Below, piece by piece: positions 18,127-27,894 of a DNA stretch of 40,356 bases. Position numbers and translations under genes: made by a program. A model generated the notes under the pieces. The model saw only the letters and a program-made list of their open reading frames with translations, searched no databases and was not told the DNA's origin. Every line of letters begins with the position of its first letter. Within the stretch, counting starts at the first letter, position 1. This stretch comes from a virus (taxonomy: Duplodnaviria; Caudoviricetes): IMG/VR virus record IMGVR_UViG_3300005611_000072, positions 1 through 40,356 of that record; one strand, 5' to 3'.

Positions 18127-20205
18127 TTATACATTGTACTGATACACCCTAAAAGCTACTTCATAATCATCATCATAATAATCAGCCACATTAGATGTTA
18201 TTGTGTATTTTAAATCAAAATCTTCATCCATGGCCGCGCTATTATTTGAAGTCAGAGTTTCCCAAGATGCAGTATCAACATTCCAAACCTGCAAGTAAAC
18301 TGGGGAAGCAACTGGAGCATAAGAACTCTTAGCATTAATTTTAACTTTAATTTGGTCTTTAGGAGTATCATTTACCACCCTAAATTGATGAACTAAATAA
18401 AAATCTGATCCAACGTTGGGTACATAAACCCCATTATCAGTTGAGACATATTCCTCATCTAATTCACCATAAAGAATACCCAGATTATCTTTGGTGGTTG
18501 GTAAGGCATCAAGAGATTCGTATGAGTACATCCCAGAGCCAAGTGGTTGACTTGGACTAATGGATATAGACTCACTAGATGATGGAGATACTGAGGGAGA
18601 CAATGACGGCGATAGAGATAAGCTGAGTGATGGGCTAGCGGACTCTGTAGCACTAGGACTCAATGACTCAGACAAGCTTAATGATAGAGATGGAGAAGAG
18701 CTTGGTGTCGCTGATGGTGACAGAGAAGGGCTTAATGATGGACTTGCTGATGGAGATCCAGAAGCACTCGGAGATAGACTAATACTTGCTGATTCGGATA
18801 CAGATGGAGATGCTGAGACAGATACAGACGGACTCAAACTTATACTAGCTGATTCACTCACACTAGGACTCAATGACTCTGATGAGCTAGGACTTACTGA
18901 AGATGATGGACTTAAACTAACTGATGTTGAAGGGCTTGGCGACTCACTTGCTGAAACAGATATACTGGGAGACAAACTAGGACTCAAACTAATGCTCGAG
19001 CTAGGACTCTGTGATGATGAGGGGCTAGGAGATTCAGAGACACTAGGTGACAAAGAAACACTAACAGACTCACTAACCGACTCACTCACACTTGGGGATA
19101 AACTTACACTAATACTGGGAGATGGTGATTCAGACGAACTAGGACTCTGAGAACTTGATGGACTAGGAGATTCTGAAGATGATGGTGATAAAGAGATACT
19201 CAGACTCTCACTAACTGACGGAGATAGACTTACGCTAGTAGATGGGCTAGGAGACAAGGAACTAGATGGCGATAGCGACTCACTTAAGCTCGGACTAGGT
19301 GAATCAGAAGCAGAAACAGATACCGAAGGACTTGGGGACAATGATAAAGACGGACTTAGTGATATAGAAAGAGATTCACTAGATGATGGACTAACAGATG
19401 CAGATTCACTAGACGAGGGACTTAAAGATGGAGACAGAGATGGTGATGGTGATGGGAATGTTACTGACCAGAAATCTGTAGATAGTGTTTCTGCCGCACC
19501 GCTAGGGCTAGGAGATAGGGAGACACTCAATGACTCTGATGAGCTAGGACTTACTGACGAACTTGGTGACAATGATATAGAAAGAGATTCACTTATACTT
19601 GGGGAAAGAGATGATGACAAAGACTCACTTAAACTGGGGCTTGGAGATAGGGAACTAGATGGAGATAGGGATGGCGATAGAGATGGTGATGGTGATCCTT
19701 CTTCAGCTCCATATACATAAAATACAGTGTCATTACTAGAGTTAGCAACCCAATCATTAGATGTGTATTGACAATAATTTCCACCATGTGTTGGGGATGA
19801 ATTGTCAAAACCAATATAGAAATAATTGCTTCCATCGCCTCCAGAATAAGTTACTACAACAATATATTTTGTGGTATCTGTTAAAGTTATTCTATCAGCA
19901 CCAGTAAAATCAAAAGTTATCAACTCCAACGCAGATGTTGATAATGTAGAAACGTCAACGGCATCAGACGTAGCTAAAACAGATCCAGTAGGTTCTGATG
20001 ATGTTCCATAAGTTCCAGTATGTGCATAAATCTCGGCATATGCATTTCCAGTTGGAGATCCAGTTTTGTACCCTATATAGAAAACAGCTCTATCTAATTC
20101 AGACCCATCCCCAGTAAAAGACTGACCAACACTAGTTCTAGTTGTTGACGAAATTACCTGAATTACGTTTTGATTTGATTCGCTATAACTATCAATAGCT
20201 GCCAT
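18127..20205 (-). CDS. virion fibre-like protein: N-terminal beta-sandwich, ~380-aa Ser/Pro stalk, C-terminal domain
   Basis: VGQSFTGDG...; long (Ser-X)n tract; start moved to ATG 20205 (TAATG overlap). Confidence 0.75.
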   Translation of the reverse strand: MAAIDSYSESNQNVIQVISSTTRTSVGQSFTGDGSELDRAVFYIGYKTGSPTGNAYAEIYAHTGTYGTSSEPTGSVLATSDAVDVSTLSTSALELITFDFTGADRITLTDTTKYIVVVTYSGGDGSNYFYIGFDNSSPTHGGNYCQYTSNDWVANSSNDTVFYVYGAEEGSPSPSLSPSLSPSSSLSPSPSLSESLSSSLSPSISESLSISLSPSSSVSPSSSESLSVSLSPSPSGAAETLSTDFWSVTFPSPSPSLSPSLSPSSSESASVSPSSSESLSISLSPSLSLSPSPSVSVSASDSPSPSLSESLSPSSSLSPSPSTSVSLSPSVSESLSISLSPSSSESPSPSSSQSPSSSESPSPSISVSLSPSVSESVSESVSVSLSPSVSESPSPSSSQSPSSSISLSPSLSPSISVSASESPSPSTSVSLSPSSSVSPSSSESLSPSVSESASISLSPSVSVSASPSVSESASISLSPSASGSPSASPSLSPSLSPSATPSSSPSLSLSLSESLSPSATESASPSLSLSLSPSLSPSVSPSSSESISISPSQPLGSGMYSYESLDALPTTKDNLGILYGELDEEYVSTDNGVYVPNVGSDFYLVHQFRVVNDTPKDQIKVKINAKSSYAPVASPVYLQVWNVDTASWETLTSNNSAAMDEDFDLKYTITSNVADYYDDDYEVAFRVYQYNV
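18545..19695 (-). repeat. longest Ser/Pro coding repeat
   Basis: Ser at alternate positions, SPS roughly every 6-8 residues; codons diversified. Confidence 0.9.
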
Positions 20206-21836
20206 TACACTGCCTCCTGGTATATTCTGCAAGAAATAACATTGCTGGCATTTTTGTAATTGGTTGTGTCGTTTATATCAGCAGTTAAAGAAAAGTCGGT
20301 GTCTACAGCAGACGTGCTGTCACTATCTACTGTTTCCCAAGCTGGAGTGTCATGGTTATAAATTTGTAAAGCTACTGTGGAAACACTTGGGGCTAGGGTT
20401 GTTTGACCCTCCCACTCCAAATGACAAGTTGAACTAGAACCAATAAAATCCTTGTATTGATGGATCATATGTTGTCCTGTTGCAGATTGTCCCACCCTAA
20501 CATCGTTTTTGGTTGATACATCAGTTACATCTTGACCAGAATATTGTGTTTCTAAATCTGTATCATCTCCTGGTAGAGCTGCTTCATCTCCTCTTGTGTA
20601 GAGCTGATAACCCACACTTGGAGAAGGTGAGATGGATAAACTTGGAGATAAAGATGGACTTAGTGATTCACTTAATGACTCACTCACACTTGGGGATAAA
20701 CTTGGTGATGGCGACTCACTAGATGATGGGGAAAGACTAATACTTGAGCTTGGTGATTGAGATGAGCTTGGAGATAAGGATATAGATAGCGACTCAGATA
20801 CGGACGGACTTAAGCTAATACTTAGAGAAGGGCTTAATGATGGACTTAGAGAGACACTAGAAGAAGGACTCTGACTAGATGATGGGCTTAGCGACGGACT
20901 CAAACTAACTGATACTGACGGACTGGGAGAGATACTTGAAGAAGCACTAAGTGATGGGGAAAGACTAGGAGATAGAGAAACACTCACAGATGGAGATAGA
21001 GAAACACTCACAGATGGAGATGGAGATTCACTTGCAGAAGGCGAACTAGATCCTACAGTTAGGTATCTAATAACAACAACACCAGATCCACCAGCTGCAC
21101 CATTGTCACTACCACCCCCACCACCGCCACCTGAGCCAGTATTAGCAGTACCAGCAGTAGGAGCTGGACTATCTGCATCACCGTCGTTTGATTTACCACC
21201 ATTACCACCGACACCAGATCCACCAGTACCAATTGTCCATGATGTACTAAATGCTGCACCCCCACCCCCACCCCCATACCATTTAGCAGATCCAGAGATA
21301 CTATTAGAAGTTCCAATACCACCATTACCACCGACACTGTTAGTACCATTAACACCAGCGCCACCAGTACCACCGCCACCACCAGCAGACCAATTAGTCG
21401 TATATCCAGCACCACCGTCATAGTGAATAGAGCCAGTACCGCCGTTACTTACAGCGTTACCACCACCTCCACCACCAGATGCACCAGATCTACCAGTGGC
21501 AGTCCAACCAGCACCACCGCCACCTCCTACGGATGTCTTTATTGCTCCAAAGATCGTACTACCACCATCTCCACCAGCTCCATTTGGAGTACCGCCAGCG
21601 CCGCCAGCGCCAATTGTAATACTGTGTCCTTCTGCGGAAATTTCATATCCAGTAGTGTAACTATATTCACCAGCACCACCACCACCTCCTACGGATGATC
21701 CACCACCTCCACCTCCACCAACAACTAGATAATCTATCTTTAGAGTTTCTTCTGGGGTAAAAGTACCATTGCTAGTAAAAGTGTGGATTGTATAAGAACC
21801 ATCAGTAGTTATAGTTCCACCCGTAGCTCGAGCCAT
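20205..21836 (-). CDS. glycine-rich domain virion protein with ~145-aa Ser/Pro stalk
   Basis: ATGGTITTDG..HTFTSNGTF..IDYLVVGGGGGGG; C-terminal domain paralogous to that of 18127..20205. Confidence 0.75.
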   Translation of the reverse strand: MARATGGTITTDGSYTIHTFTSNGTFTPEETLKIDYLVVGGGGGGGSSVGGGGGAGEYSYTTGYEISAEGHSITIGAGGAGGTPNGAGGDGGSTIFGAIKTSVGGGGGAGWTATGRSGASGGGGGGNAVSNGGTGSIHYDGGAGYTTNWSAGGGGGTGGAGVNGTNSVGGNGGIGTSNSISGSAKWYGGGGGGAAFSTSWTIGTGGSGVGGNGGKSNDGDADSPAPTAGTANTGSGGGGGGGSDNGAAGGSGVVVIRYLTVGSSSPSASESPSPSVSVSLSPSVSVSLSPSLSPSLSASSSISPSPSVSVSLSPSLSPSSSQSPSSSVSLSPSLSPSLSISLSPSVSESLSISLSPSSSQSPSSSISLSPSSSESPSPSLSPSVSESLSESLSPSLSPSLSISPSPSVGYQLYTRGDEAALPGDDTDLETQYSGQDVTDVSTKNDVRVGQSATGQHMIHQYKDFIGSSSTCHLEWEGQTTLAPSVSTVALQIYNHDTPAWETVDSDSTSAVDTDFSLTADINDTTNYKNASNVISCRIYQEAV

Positions 21837-21844
21837 ATATAAAT

Positions 21845-21874
21845 ATAATACGAAACTAAACCATTTCTACGCAA
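21845..21874 (-). promoter_or_regulatory. promoter, near-leaderless
   Basis: TTGCGT-N18-TATTAT, 8 nt to ATG, no SD. Confidence 0.6.
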
Positions 21875-21875
21875 A

Positions 21876-23552
21876 TTACTTAGAACCAATAAAATTAAAA
21901 TCTTCAGATTTCCAGCCTGGTATCTTATCAAAAGTAGTCTCTCTCCAGTTACGACAACTCCTCTCGCTTCTAAATTGATCTTTACTCCAACGACTCTCGG
22001 TTATATTGTTGTCGTGTCTTAAATCAAGTATTGGTTGAGCTGATCTCCACTCTCCAGCCCTAAAATCATCAACTCTATCATCTCTATTATGTGTACCAGG
22101 TTCAAACCCAATCCTACGAGCTAGACTATCAGAGTAGCCCTCTGTTTCCAACTTTTTAACTACTTTACGGTAGTGGTCTAGGAGTAACTCCCGATAACCA
22201 CAAATTGCTAGTGCTAAGTGGGTGTCGTACTGCACTGCATGGCCATCTGACGTTCTAACTCTCCACCAGTTTTTGTTGTAGTAATAGACATCTTTTTTAG
22301 GGGGTACAAAGTCAAAATGAGACTTATGATAAAGTACATCGTCCTCGCAAAAGAAAATAATCTTAGCTGTAGATTTCTCTAGTGCCATTAAGATCTTTTT
22401 AAAATATTCTAAGTATGTGCCATCGGTATTAAGTGTGTAGTTTTTTCCAAACTTCATTGGTTTTGATGAGACACTTACAATTGGTAGTTGAGATGCTGCA
22501 ATATGTTTGCGGCACTCATGTCCAATTTTCATATTCACCTTATTTCTAGTGTAATAGATGATCCCTTTATCTTGATCTTCTGGCACACTCCCACCTATCT
22601 TTGCTAGTTCTTTCTTATCCCATCCTGGTACTGGCCAGAATCTCTCAATCAACCATGATAAGGGATGTTTTTGACCCTTCCAAGTTCCTTTGCGCCACAT
22701 ATTCTGAGAATGTTTTCTAGCATTGGCAACCTGATTTCCTGATTGTGGATAAGGAAAAGTAAAATCTCCACCTTGAGTTCTAAATAGATGAGCGAACCAA
22801 GACTTTTTACTAGTCATCATCTTTCCACCAGATAGCCAAGACTTACAAGCTAATTCTGTTCCCATTTGACCCCAAGAGCCATGTTTTTCATCCATTCCAC
22901 CAATATCCCAGTATCTATCTCGATGTAAAAACCAACAAGCACCCAAGCATGACATGGTAGGAACAACATCGCCCTCATGTTCTTTTCTTTTCTTGAAAGC
23001 AGACCAGTACTGAAAATGTAAATCTGAGTCAAATCTCCAGGTAGTAGTTTTACGATGCCATCTAGGCTTCCAGACCATAACTCTTTTGAAGCTCTGGCTT
23101 TTACATTTCTCATTTTTCTTTCTACTTTCTCCTGGCTCAAGGCATTCAGTTGGCTTTTTACCCTGATACCACTCGTTTCCACACTCATTACACTTCCAGT
23201 TAAAAGCATGAAGGTTGTATTGAGTAGGTATTACTGTCCAGTCGTAGTCGCATTTACTTATCAACTCCACATCAAAACCCTCACTCAATATACAATGAGC
23301 GTCCAATTTCATGATGAATTTAGCTTTAGAGAGTTTAGCGGCTTCGTTAATTGCCGCCCTCTGGCCGACTGATTCCTTATGGTAGAGAACGGTTACATCT
23401 TGATGATCCTCAAGTGGAGGATTGGCCCATGCACCATCTAGAATCACGATTACTTCAGTTTTACCCCTACGCTTATCCAGCACATCCTCGACTGTTCTCT
23501 TAAGAAACTCCTCATTTCTTGCAGTAATTAAGACTGAGAGATCGTATTTCAT
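21876..23552 (-). CDS. two-domain glycosyltransferase (GT2 plus second GT-A domain)
   Basis: LSVLITARNEEFL...VILDG...KLDAHC; second domain IIYYT...FCEDDVLY; ATGA overlap supports start at 23552. Confidence 0.85.
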   Translation of the reverse strand: MKYDLSVLITARNEEFLKRTVEDVLDKRRGKTEVIVILDGAWANPPLEDHQDVTVLYHKESVGQRAAINEAAKLSKAKFIMKLDAHCILSEGFDVELISKCDYDWTVIPTQYNLHAFNWKCNECGNEWYQGKKPTECLEPGESRKKNEKCKSQSFKRVMVWKPRWHRKTTTWRFDSDLHFQYWSAFKKRKEHEGDVVPTMSCLGACWFLHRDRYWDIGGMDEKHGSWGQMGTELACKSWLSGGKMMTSKKSWFAHLFRTQGGDFTFPYPQSGNQVANARKHSQNMWRKGTWKGQKHPLSWLIERFWPVPGWDKKELAKIGGSVPEDQDKGIIYYTRNKVNMKIGHECRKHIAASQLPIVSVSSKPMKFGKNYTLNTDGTYLEYFKKILMALEKSTAKIIFFCEDDVLYHKSHFDFVPPKKDVYYYNKNWWRVRTSDGHAVQYDTHLALAICGYRELLLDHYRKVVKKLETEGYSDSLARRIGFEPGTHNRDDRVDDFRAGEWRSAQPILDLRHDNNITESRWSKDQFRSERSCRNWRETTFDKIPGWKSEDFNFIGSK

Positions 23553-24439
23553 TTTTTCCATGATGGTTTGTAAGGCACTAGTTGTTGTTTATTATCATAA
23601 TCCATGCGCCAATAGTAAGCGTTCTTCTCAATTAAAAACTCAAGTCCCTCTAGTGGCTTTCCAATCCGTCTCATTTTGTAAGCTAGAGCATTCATGTCTT
23701 TGGGTAAGCACTTGCCAGACCAACCACGATTGTGGCGGTATACATTTGAGTGGGTTCTTAGGACTCTCGGATCTAAGACTAACCCTTCTCTTACTGCCTG
23801 GAAACTAGCCCCAAGCGCTTCACATTGGTCAGCAACATCGTTCCAGTAGTCAACCAAAGTCATTAAGTATTTATTCTCGTTATATTTGATAATTTCAGCC
23901 TCATCATGGCTAATAAGTAGTATAGGTGCGTTTGCATGAAGCACAGTCATAAAGTACTCAGCCACCTTCTCTCTGGCTTTCTTACTACCCCCAATAATTT
24001 GGAAAGCATCTCTACGAGGCTCAAGTAGGGGATGACCAAGGGTTTCTCCCACATACTCAGGACTCATACAAACTGGCACATTATATTCCATCTCCAATCG
24101 TTTACATGTTCCGATCTCAACTGTAGACTTAACTAAAAAGATATCCACAATTTCACGATAGTTTTCAACTGATTTTTCCACAATTGAAACATCGCATTGA
24201 CCAGTTTCAGGATTCATTGGAGTTGGAGTACCAATAATCGCTAAGTCATATGGTCTATCCATTTTTACTTCTTCATTAGTGGCAACACCCTTAATAACTC
24301 CGTTGCTTTCTACATAGTGTGCGTTCTTAAAATAAGACGCCATATACTGACCAACCCATCCATAGCCGATTAACAGCACGTGAGGCTCTTTATTTACCAC
24401 ATCGCTATCTGGTTGTGGTTTCCCAAGTTCTTTAGCCAT
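23549..24439 (-). CDS. UDP-glucose/GDP-mannose 6-dehydrogenase family protein (short form)
   Basis: IGYGWVG Rossmann motif; TPTP; KSTVEIG; SPEY; EAEIIKY.EN; GWSGKCLPKD catalytic Cys motif. Confidence 0.85.
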   Translation of the reverse strand: MAKELGKPQPDSDVVNKEPHVLLIGYGWVGQYMASYFKNAHYVESNGVIKGVATNEEVKMDRPYDLAIIGTPTPMNPETGQCDVSIVEKSVENYREIVDIFLVKSTVEIGTCKRLEMEYNVPVCMSPEYVGETLGHPLLEPRRDAFQIIGGSKKAREKVAEYFMTVLHANAPILLISHDEAEIIKYNENKYLMTLVDYWNDVADQCEALGASFQAVREGLVLDPRVLRTHSNVYRHNRGWSGKCLPKDMNALAYKMRRIGKPLEGLEFLIEKNAYYWRMDYDNKQQLVPYKPSWKK

Positions 24440-24921
24440 GATAACTCCCTATAATTACTTAATATTGTTGTATTTGGTTTAACTTTAGTAAAATCAAATC
24501 TATACTTAAATAATGGATAAATCTTGGTATATCCATAGAATCTATTTATCTCTGGTTCGCTATCGTGCATTAAAATATATTCTGCGTTATCTTTTAATCT
24601 TTTAGCCTCAACCCTTCGTCTCATTGCTGGACGATGGTCAATTAGAACCATTCCCCACTGAATTTGATCAATATCAGCGCTATCCCAATCTTCAATTAAT
24701 TCAAGTCGGTGGCTCTTGGTTTCAAAGTCTTTAAACTTATTTAACCATTTTTCATCAGTTTCTAGTGATAAGAGTTTAATTCCATTAGTCTTACAGTACC
24801 AGTGGAGCAGTGGTGTTGAGTTATATCCCACACCCAGTTCCAGCACGGGACGATGGACTCTTTTTAATACTTCTAATAGAACAGGGATGTGAGAGCCAGA
24901 TAGTACAGTAGTTTTACTCAT
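24394..24921 (-). CDS. class I SAM-dependent methyltransferase-like protein
   Basis: VLELGVGYNST motif I; LSLETD; LIDH; MHDSE. Confidence 0.65.
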   Translation of the reverse strand: MSKTTVLSGSHIPVLLEVLKRVHRPVLELGVGYNSTPLLHWYCKTNGIKLLSLETDEKWLNKFKDFETKSHRLELIEDWDSADIDQIQWGMVLIDHRPAMRRRVEAKRLKDNAEYILMHDSEPEINRFYGYTKIYPLFKYRFDFTKVKPNTTILSNYRELSWLKNLGNHNQIAMW

Positions 24922-25648
24922 AATACATTTTTACGATATCTTCAGCTCTACCCCAGTCGGCAAGCTCAATGATTCGCAAGTCTCCTAATTTCTTTCTACT
25001 TCCATGATTAAGATACCCAAAAGCATGTTCGTGTGTAAAGACCACGCTTGGAATCCAAGAAAAGAACTTGAAGGTCTCTCTTTGGGTGACACCCAGCAAG
25101 TTTTCATAGCGACCTGGATCTCCCCAATACTTAATTATCTGCTCCTCAGTTTTACCCTGAGCAATTAACTCATCAAATCTCTTAAATCTCTCTTCTAACG
25201 CCTCAATTAGCATTTTTCGTGGTGCAATTAGCTGATTAACTACCATTCTTTTGCTTCTAAATGAGAACTGTGGTGGTTTAGTCCATGTGAAAATAGAAAC
25301 TTTATTCATATCATACAGAAAAACATCTTTTTCATAGTCTTTTGGCTTAATCCAACGCTTAAAGTTGAAATGAGAGTCACTATAAAGGATGTCATCCTCA
25401 GCCATTGCAACATAAGCCGTTTTTGCCGCCTTACAGCCTGTTAATATCTGGCGATAGATGTTTAAGTGTGATCTCCCAATGTCCCCAACACAGATATTTT
25501 CCCCAAAATCCATGGGTTTTTGTGAAACACTAATTAAATGATTATCCCCCACCGCTTTTACTAGTTGTTCCCTTGTTTTTGCTACAAACTTAGGATTATG
25601 CTCATCCAAATAATTGCTGGTGTAGTAGATTACTGTTAAATCACTCAT
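24914..25648 (-). CDS. GT-A fold glycosyltransferase
   Basis: LTVIYYT...YVAMAEDDILY DxD-like motif; paralogous to the C-terminal half of 21876..23552. Confidence 0.7.
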   Translation of the reverse strand: MSDLTVIYYTSNYLDEHNPKFVAKTREQLVKAVGDNHLISVSQKPMDFGENICVGDIGRSHLNIYRQILTGCKAAKTAYVAMAEDDILYSDSHFNFKRWIKPKDYEKDVFLYDMNKVSIFTWTKPPQFSFRSKRMVVNQLIAPRKMLIEALEERFKRFDELIAQGKTEEQIIKYWGDPGRYENLLGVTQRETFKFFSWIPSVVFTHEHAFGYLNHGSRKKLGDLRIIELADWGRAEDIVKMYYE

Positions 25649-25772
25649 TATTGTGCTTCCTCACTGCTTCTTTATAACTTTTAGCCTCTATCTTCTTCCC
25701 ACACTTACAGGTGTAGACGTACATTTTTGTTTCTGAGTTGTATCCTCTCAATCTCTCAATCTTATGTTGCAT
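25641..25772 (-). CDS. 43-aa possible Zn-finger peptide (not in ORF track)
   Basis: MQHKIERLRGYNSETKMYVYTCKCGKKIEAKSYKEAVRKHNNE fills the gap and overlaps the next start. Confidence 0.5.
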   Translation of the reverse strand: MQHKIERLRGYNSETKMYVYTCKCGKKIEAKSYKEAVRKHNNE

Positions 25773-25781
25773 CTCTATCTC

Positions 25782-26201
25782 TCATCGGTTCTTTACTTCC
25801 CAATCATAATTAAACTCATCGTAAGGAAGCCGCATAATCTCATATGGATCGTGAGGAATATCAGTTACATTAACTACCATTGCCTCCTCAGTTCCAATTC
25901 CCATAAATCCGTTCCAAATCCCAGGCTTAATACTCACCATTGAGTAATTTCTGTCCCCAATATAAATTTCTTTAAATTCTAATTTATCAAAGACCACTAA
26001 CTTAATATTTCCTTTTACAACTGCATAGTTGAGGGTCATTTTTGAGTGGTAGTGCCATGCTTTTACTACCCCTGGATAAACAGTTGAGACATAAACCTCA
26101 CCAAACTTATCAAACATCGGAGAATCATTGCGCATGATGTGGAAGATAGATCCTCTATCGTCTGGAATCTTCTTTAGTGGAGTAATGGTTACACCTTTCA
26201 T
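25782..26201 (-). CDS. rmlC: dTDP-4-dehydrorhamnose 3,5-epimerase-like cupin
   Basis: PDDRGS, YPGVVKAWHYH, VVKGNIKLVVFD, IKPGIWNGF. Confidence 0.8.
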   Translation of the reverse strand: MKGVTITPLKKIPDDRGSIFHIMRNDSPMFDKFGEVYVSTVYPGVVKAWHYHSKMTLNYAVVKGNIKLVVFDKLEFKEIYIGDRNYSMVSIKPGIWNGFMGIGTEEAMVVNVTDIPHDPYEIMRLPYDEFNYDWEVKNR

Positions 26202-26809
26202 AGATAGTCCAATGGTAGTTTAACTGGTAAGTCTGTTTTTGATAGATACGCTTTTTTCACGTCTGGTTTACTCATCTTAGCTAAATCATAGATTGTTTTT
26301 CTACCCGTGCCAACATTAGTTACTATGCTAGACTTCTTATCCCAATTGGCAATCTTAGTCAGAATCATTGGTACAATCACATCGACATAATCACCAGTAG
26401 TCCATTGATCTACCCAAGCACGGTCATGATTGTAAGGGCGAGGTTTAAAGAGTGTACGAATACACAGGTAGGGATGTTTTAGCGCACCCTCTGAGGCTAC
26501 CTTAGACCAGGAATAAACATTTTGAGGATTGTAAATATACTCAGTTGAGATATGTACCATTGGAATTCCATTAAAATAATTAGCTAAATTAGAAACTCCA
26601 AAGAAATTAATGTCATAACACCTGTCTGGGTCTTTCTCTGCACCAGCCACATCTGTATAGCCAGACGCATTGATGATTAGCTCATAATCTTTAGACCAAG
26701 TAAATTGCTTAGTGATATCTAACTTCTTACTGCTTGGAGCATCACACTTAATGTACTTTTGTAATTCAGTTCCTAGTTTGCCAGTGCCGCCGATTAAAAG
26801 GATTTTCAT
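26198..26809 (-). CDS. rmlD: dTDP-4-dehydrorhamnose reductase-like SDR
   Basis: GGTGKLG, YTDVAGAE, HISTEY, YSWSK (YxxxK). Confidence 0.82.
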   Translation of the reverse strand: MKILLIGGTGKLGTELQKYIKCDAPSSKKLDITKQFTWSKDYELIINASGYTDVAGAEKDPDRCYDINFFGVSNLANYFNGIPMVHISTEYIYNPQNVYSWSKVASEGALKHPYLCIRTLFKPRPYNHDRAWVDQWTTGDYVDVIVPMILTKIANWDKKSSIVTNVGTGRKTIYDLAKMSKPDVKKAYLSKTDLPVKLPLDYL

Positions 26810-27516
26810 TTACTCAGTTCCTTAATAGCTTTTCTAGTTTTGTGTTTGTCGTCTTGAAGTGAGTAGCCTCTACCTTTAGTCTTGTGCCAGTGTGCATACC
26901 AGGTTTTAGTGTTTCTCATTACTTTACCCCCAGCTTTTTGGCATTTAAAGCCCATTTCTTGAGCTTCTTGCCAGAATGAGCCATAGGTTTCTTCATCCAT
27001 GAGTCCGAGTTTATTAAAATAGCTTTTAACCATAAACCAGCAAGACCCCTGGAAACTCTCGGTGGGAATTAAAGCATTGTCTTGTCTTTCTTTAGTAGGT
27101 ACTGCTTGGAGGTCTTTATTTAGTTTCATTACATCAATTGGGTATTTGTCATCAGTTCGCTCCTCAATAGCCCATTTTTCAACATCTAAAGCATATCTGC
27201 GGGGTATTACAATCCAATCTTCTCTCATGTCTTTGATTAGTCTCTCGTCAAAACCGTCATCAAACATACAGTGGGCATCAGTTTTCATGATGTATTCACC
27301 CTTAGAAATAGCAACGCCCATGTTAATAGCGTTTCTCATGCCTCTAGCTTTCCCATAATGGAGATAGTGGACTCGTTTATCATCCACGATGTCATCACAC
27401 CAATAACCATCTAGTACGGCAATTATTTCAATATCGCCTCTAGCTTTAGAAAGTAAATCTTTAATCGTATGGGATAAATACGGCTCATTCCGCGAAGGAA
27501 TGATAACTGAAATCAT
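26806..27516 (-). CDS. GT2 family glycosyltransferase
   Basis: MISVIIPSRNEPYL...AVLDG...MKTDAHC...QGSCWF; start moved to ATG 27516. Confidence 0.88.
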   Translation of the reverse strand: MISVIIPSRNEPYLSHTIKDLLSKARGDIEIIAVLDGYWCDDIVDDKRVHYLHYGKARGMRNAINMGVAISKGEYIMKTDAHCMFDDGFDERLIKDMREDWIVIPRRYALDVEKWAIEERTDDKYPIDVMKLNKDLQAVPTKERQDNALIPTESFQGSCWFMVKSYFNKLGLMDEETYGSFWQEAQEMGFKCQKAGGKVMRNTKTWYAHWHKTKGRGYSLQDDKHKTRKAIKELSK

Positions 27517-27534
27517 GCCTCTATTTAAGCACAA

Positions 27535-27885
27535 TTACTTCTCGACGACAACTATTGTAGCGCCAGCCTCACGACCAGCTAAGTGTACTCGAGTAAACAT
27601 GCGACCATCGTCATCAACTGGTACTGTAATTAAAACTCGCTGACCTGCTGGGATAATCTCATCAAAGTTATTTTCGGTTGCGAAATCAGTGTCAGAAGTA
27701 GCCCAATGCAAATACACATCTTTAGAAATAGCATAAACACTAATCATCGTGGTATCAGCATTAAGAGAAATTAAGAATGAACCCACCTCAAGGACTTTAA
27801 TTGTCTGAGCTAGAGCAACTGCGGCTGGCTCAACTACCTGTAGGATTCTTCCGTCTTTATCATCTCGCTGTTGTGGTTTAGGCAT
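27535..27885 (-). CDS. hypothetical, probably small virion protein
   Basis: 116-aa beta-rich ORF with AGGAG SD after the decoration gene. Confidence 0.6.
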   Translation of the reverse strand: MPKPQQRDDKDGRILQVVEPAAVALAQTIKVLEVGSFLISLNADTTMISVYAISKDVYLHWATSDTDFATENNFDEIIPAGQRVLITVPVDDDGRMFTRVHLAGREAGATIVVVEK

Positions 27886-27894
27886 AAATTACTC

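Noticed and set aside
18560-19150. 196-aa plus-strand Asp/Gly/Leu-rich ORF (and similar at 20513, 21103, 21423, 17649, 28287)
   Set aside because: Antisense shadows of the Ser/Pro and Gly repeats; no independent start signals
18127-20205. Long repeat protein as a tape measure
   Set aside because: Ser/Pro-rich rather than helical; no tail tube or chaperone genes; layout is podovirus-like
21876-27516. GT cassette as DNA hypermodification or serotype conversion
   Set aside because: No base hydroxymethylase or polymerase, no GtrAB-like membrane proteins, and it sits among virion genes; disfavoured but not excluded
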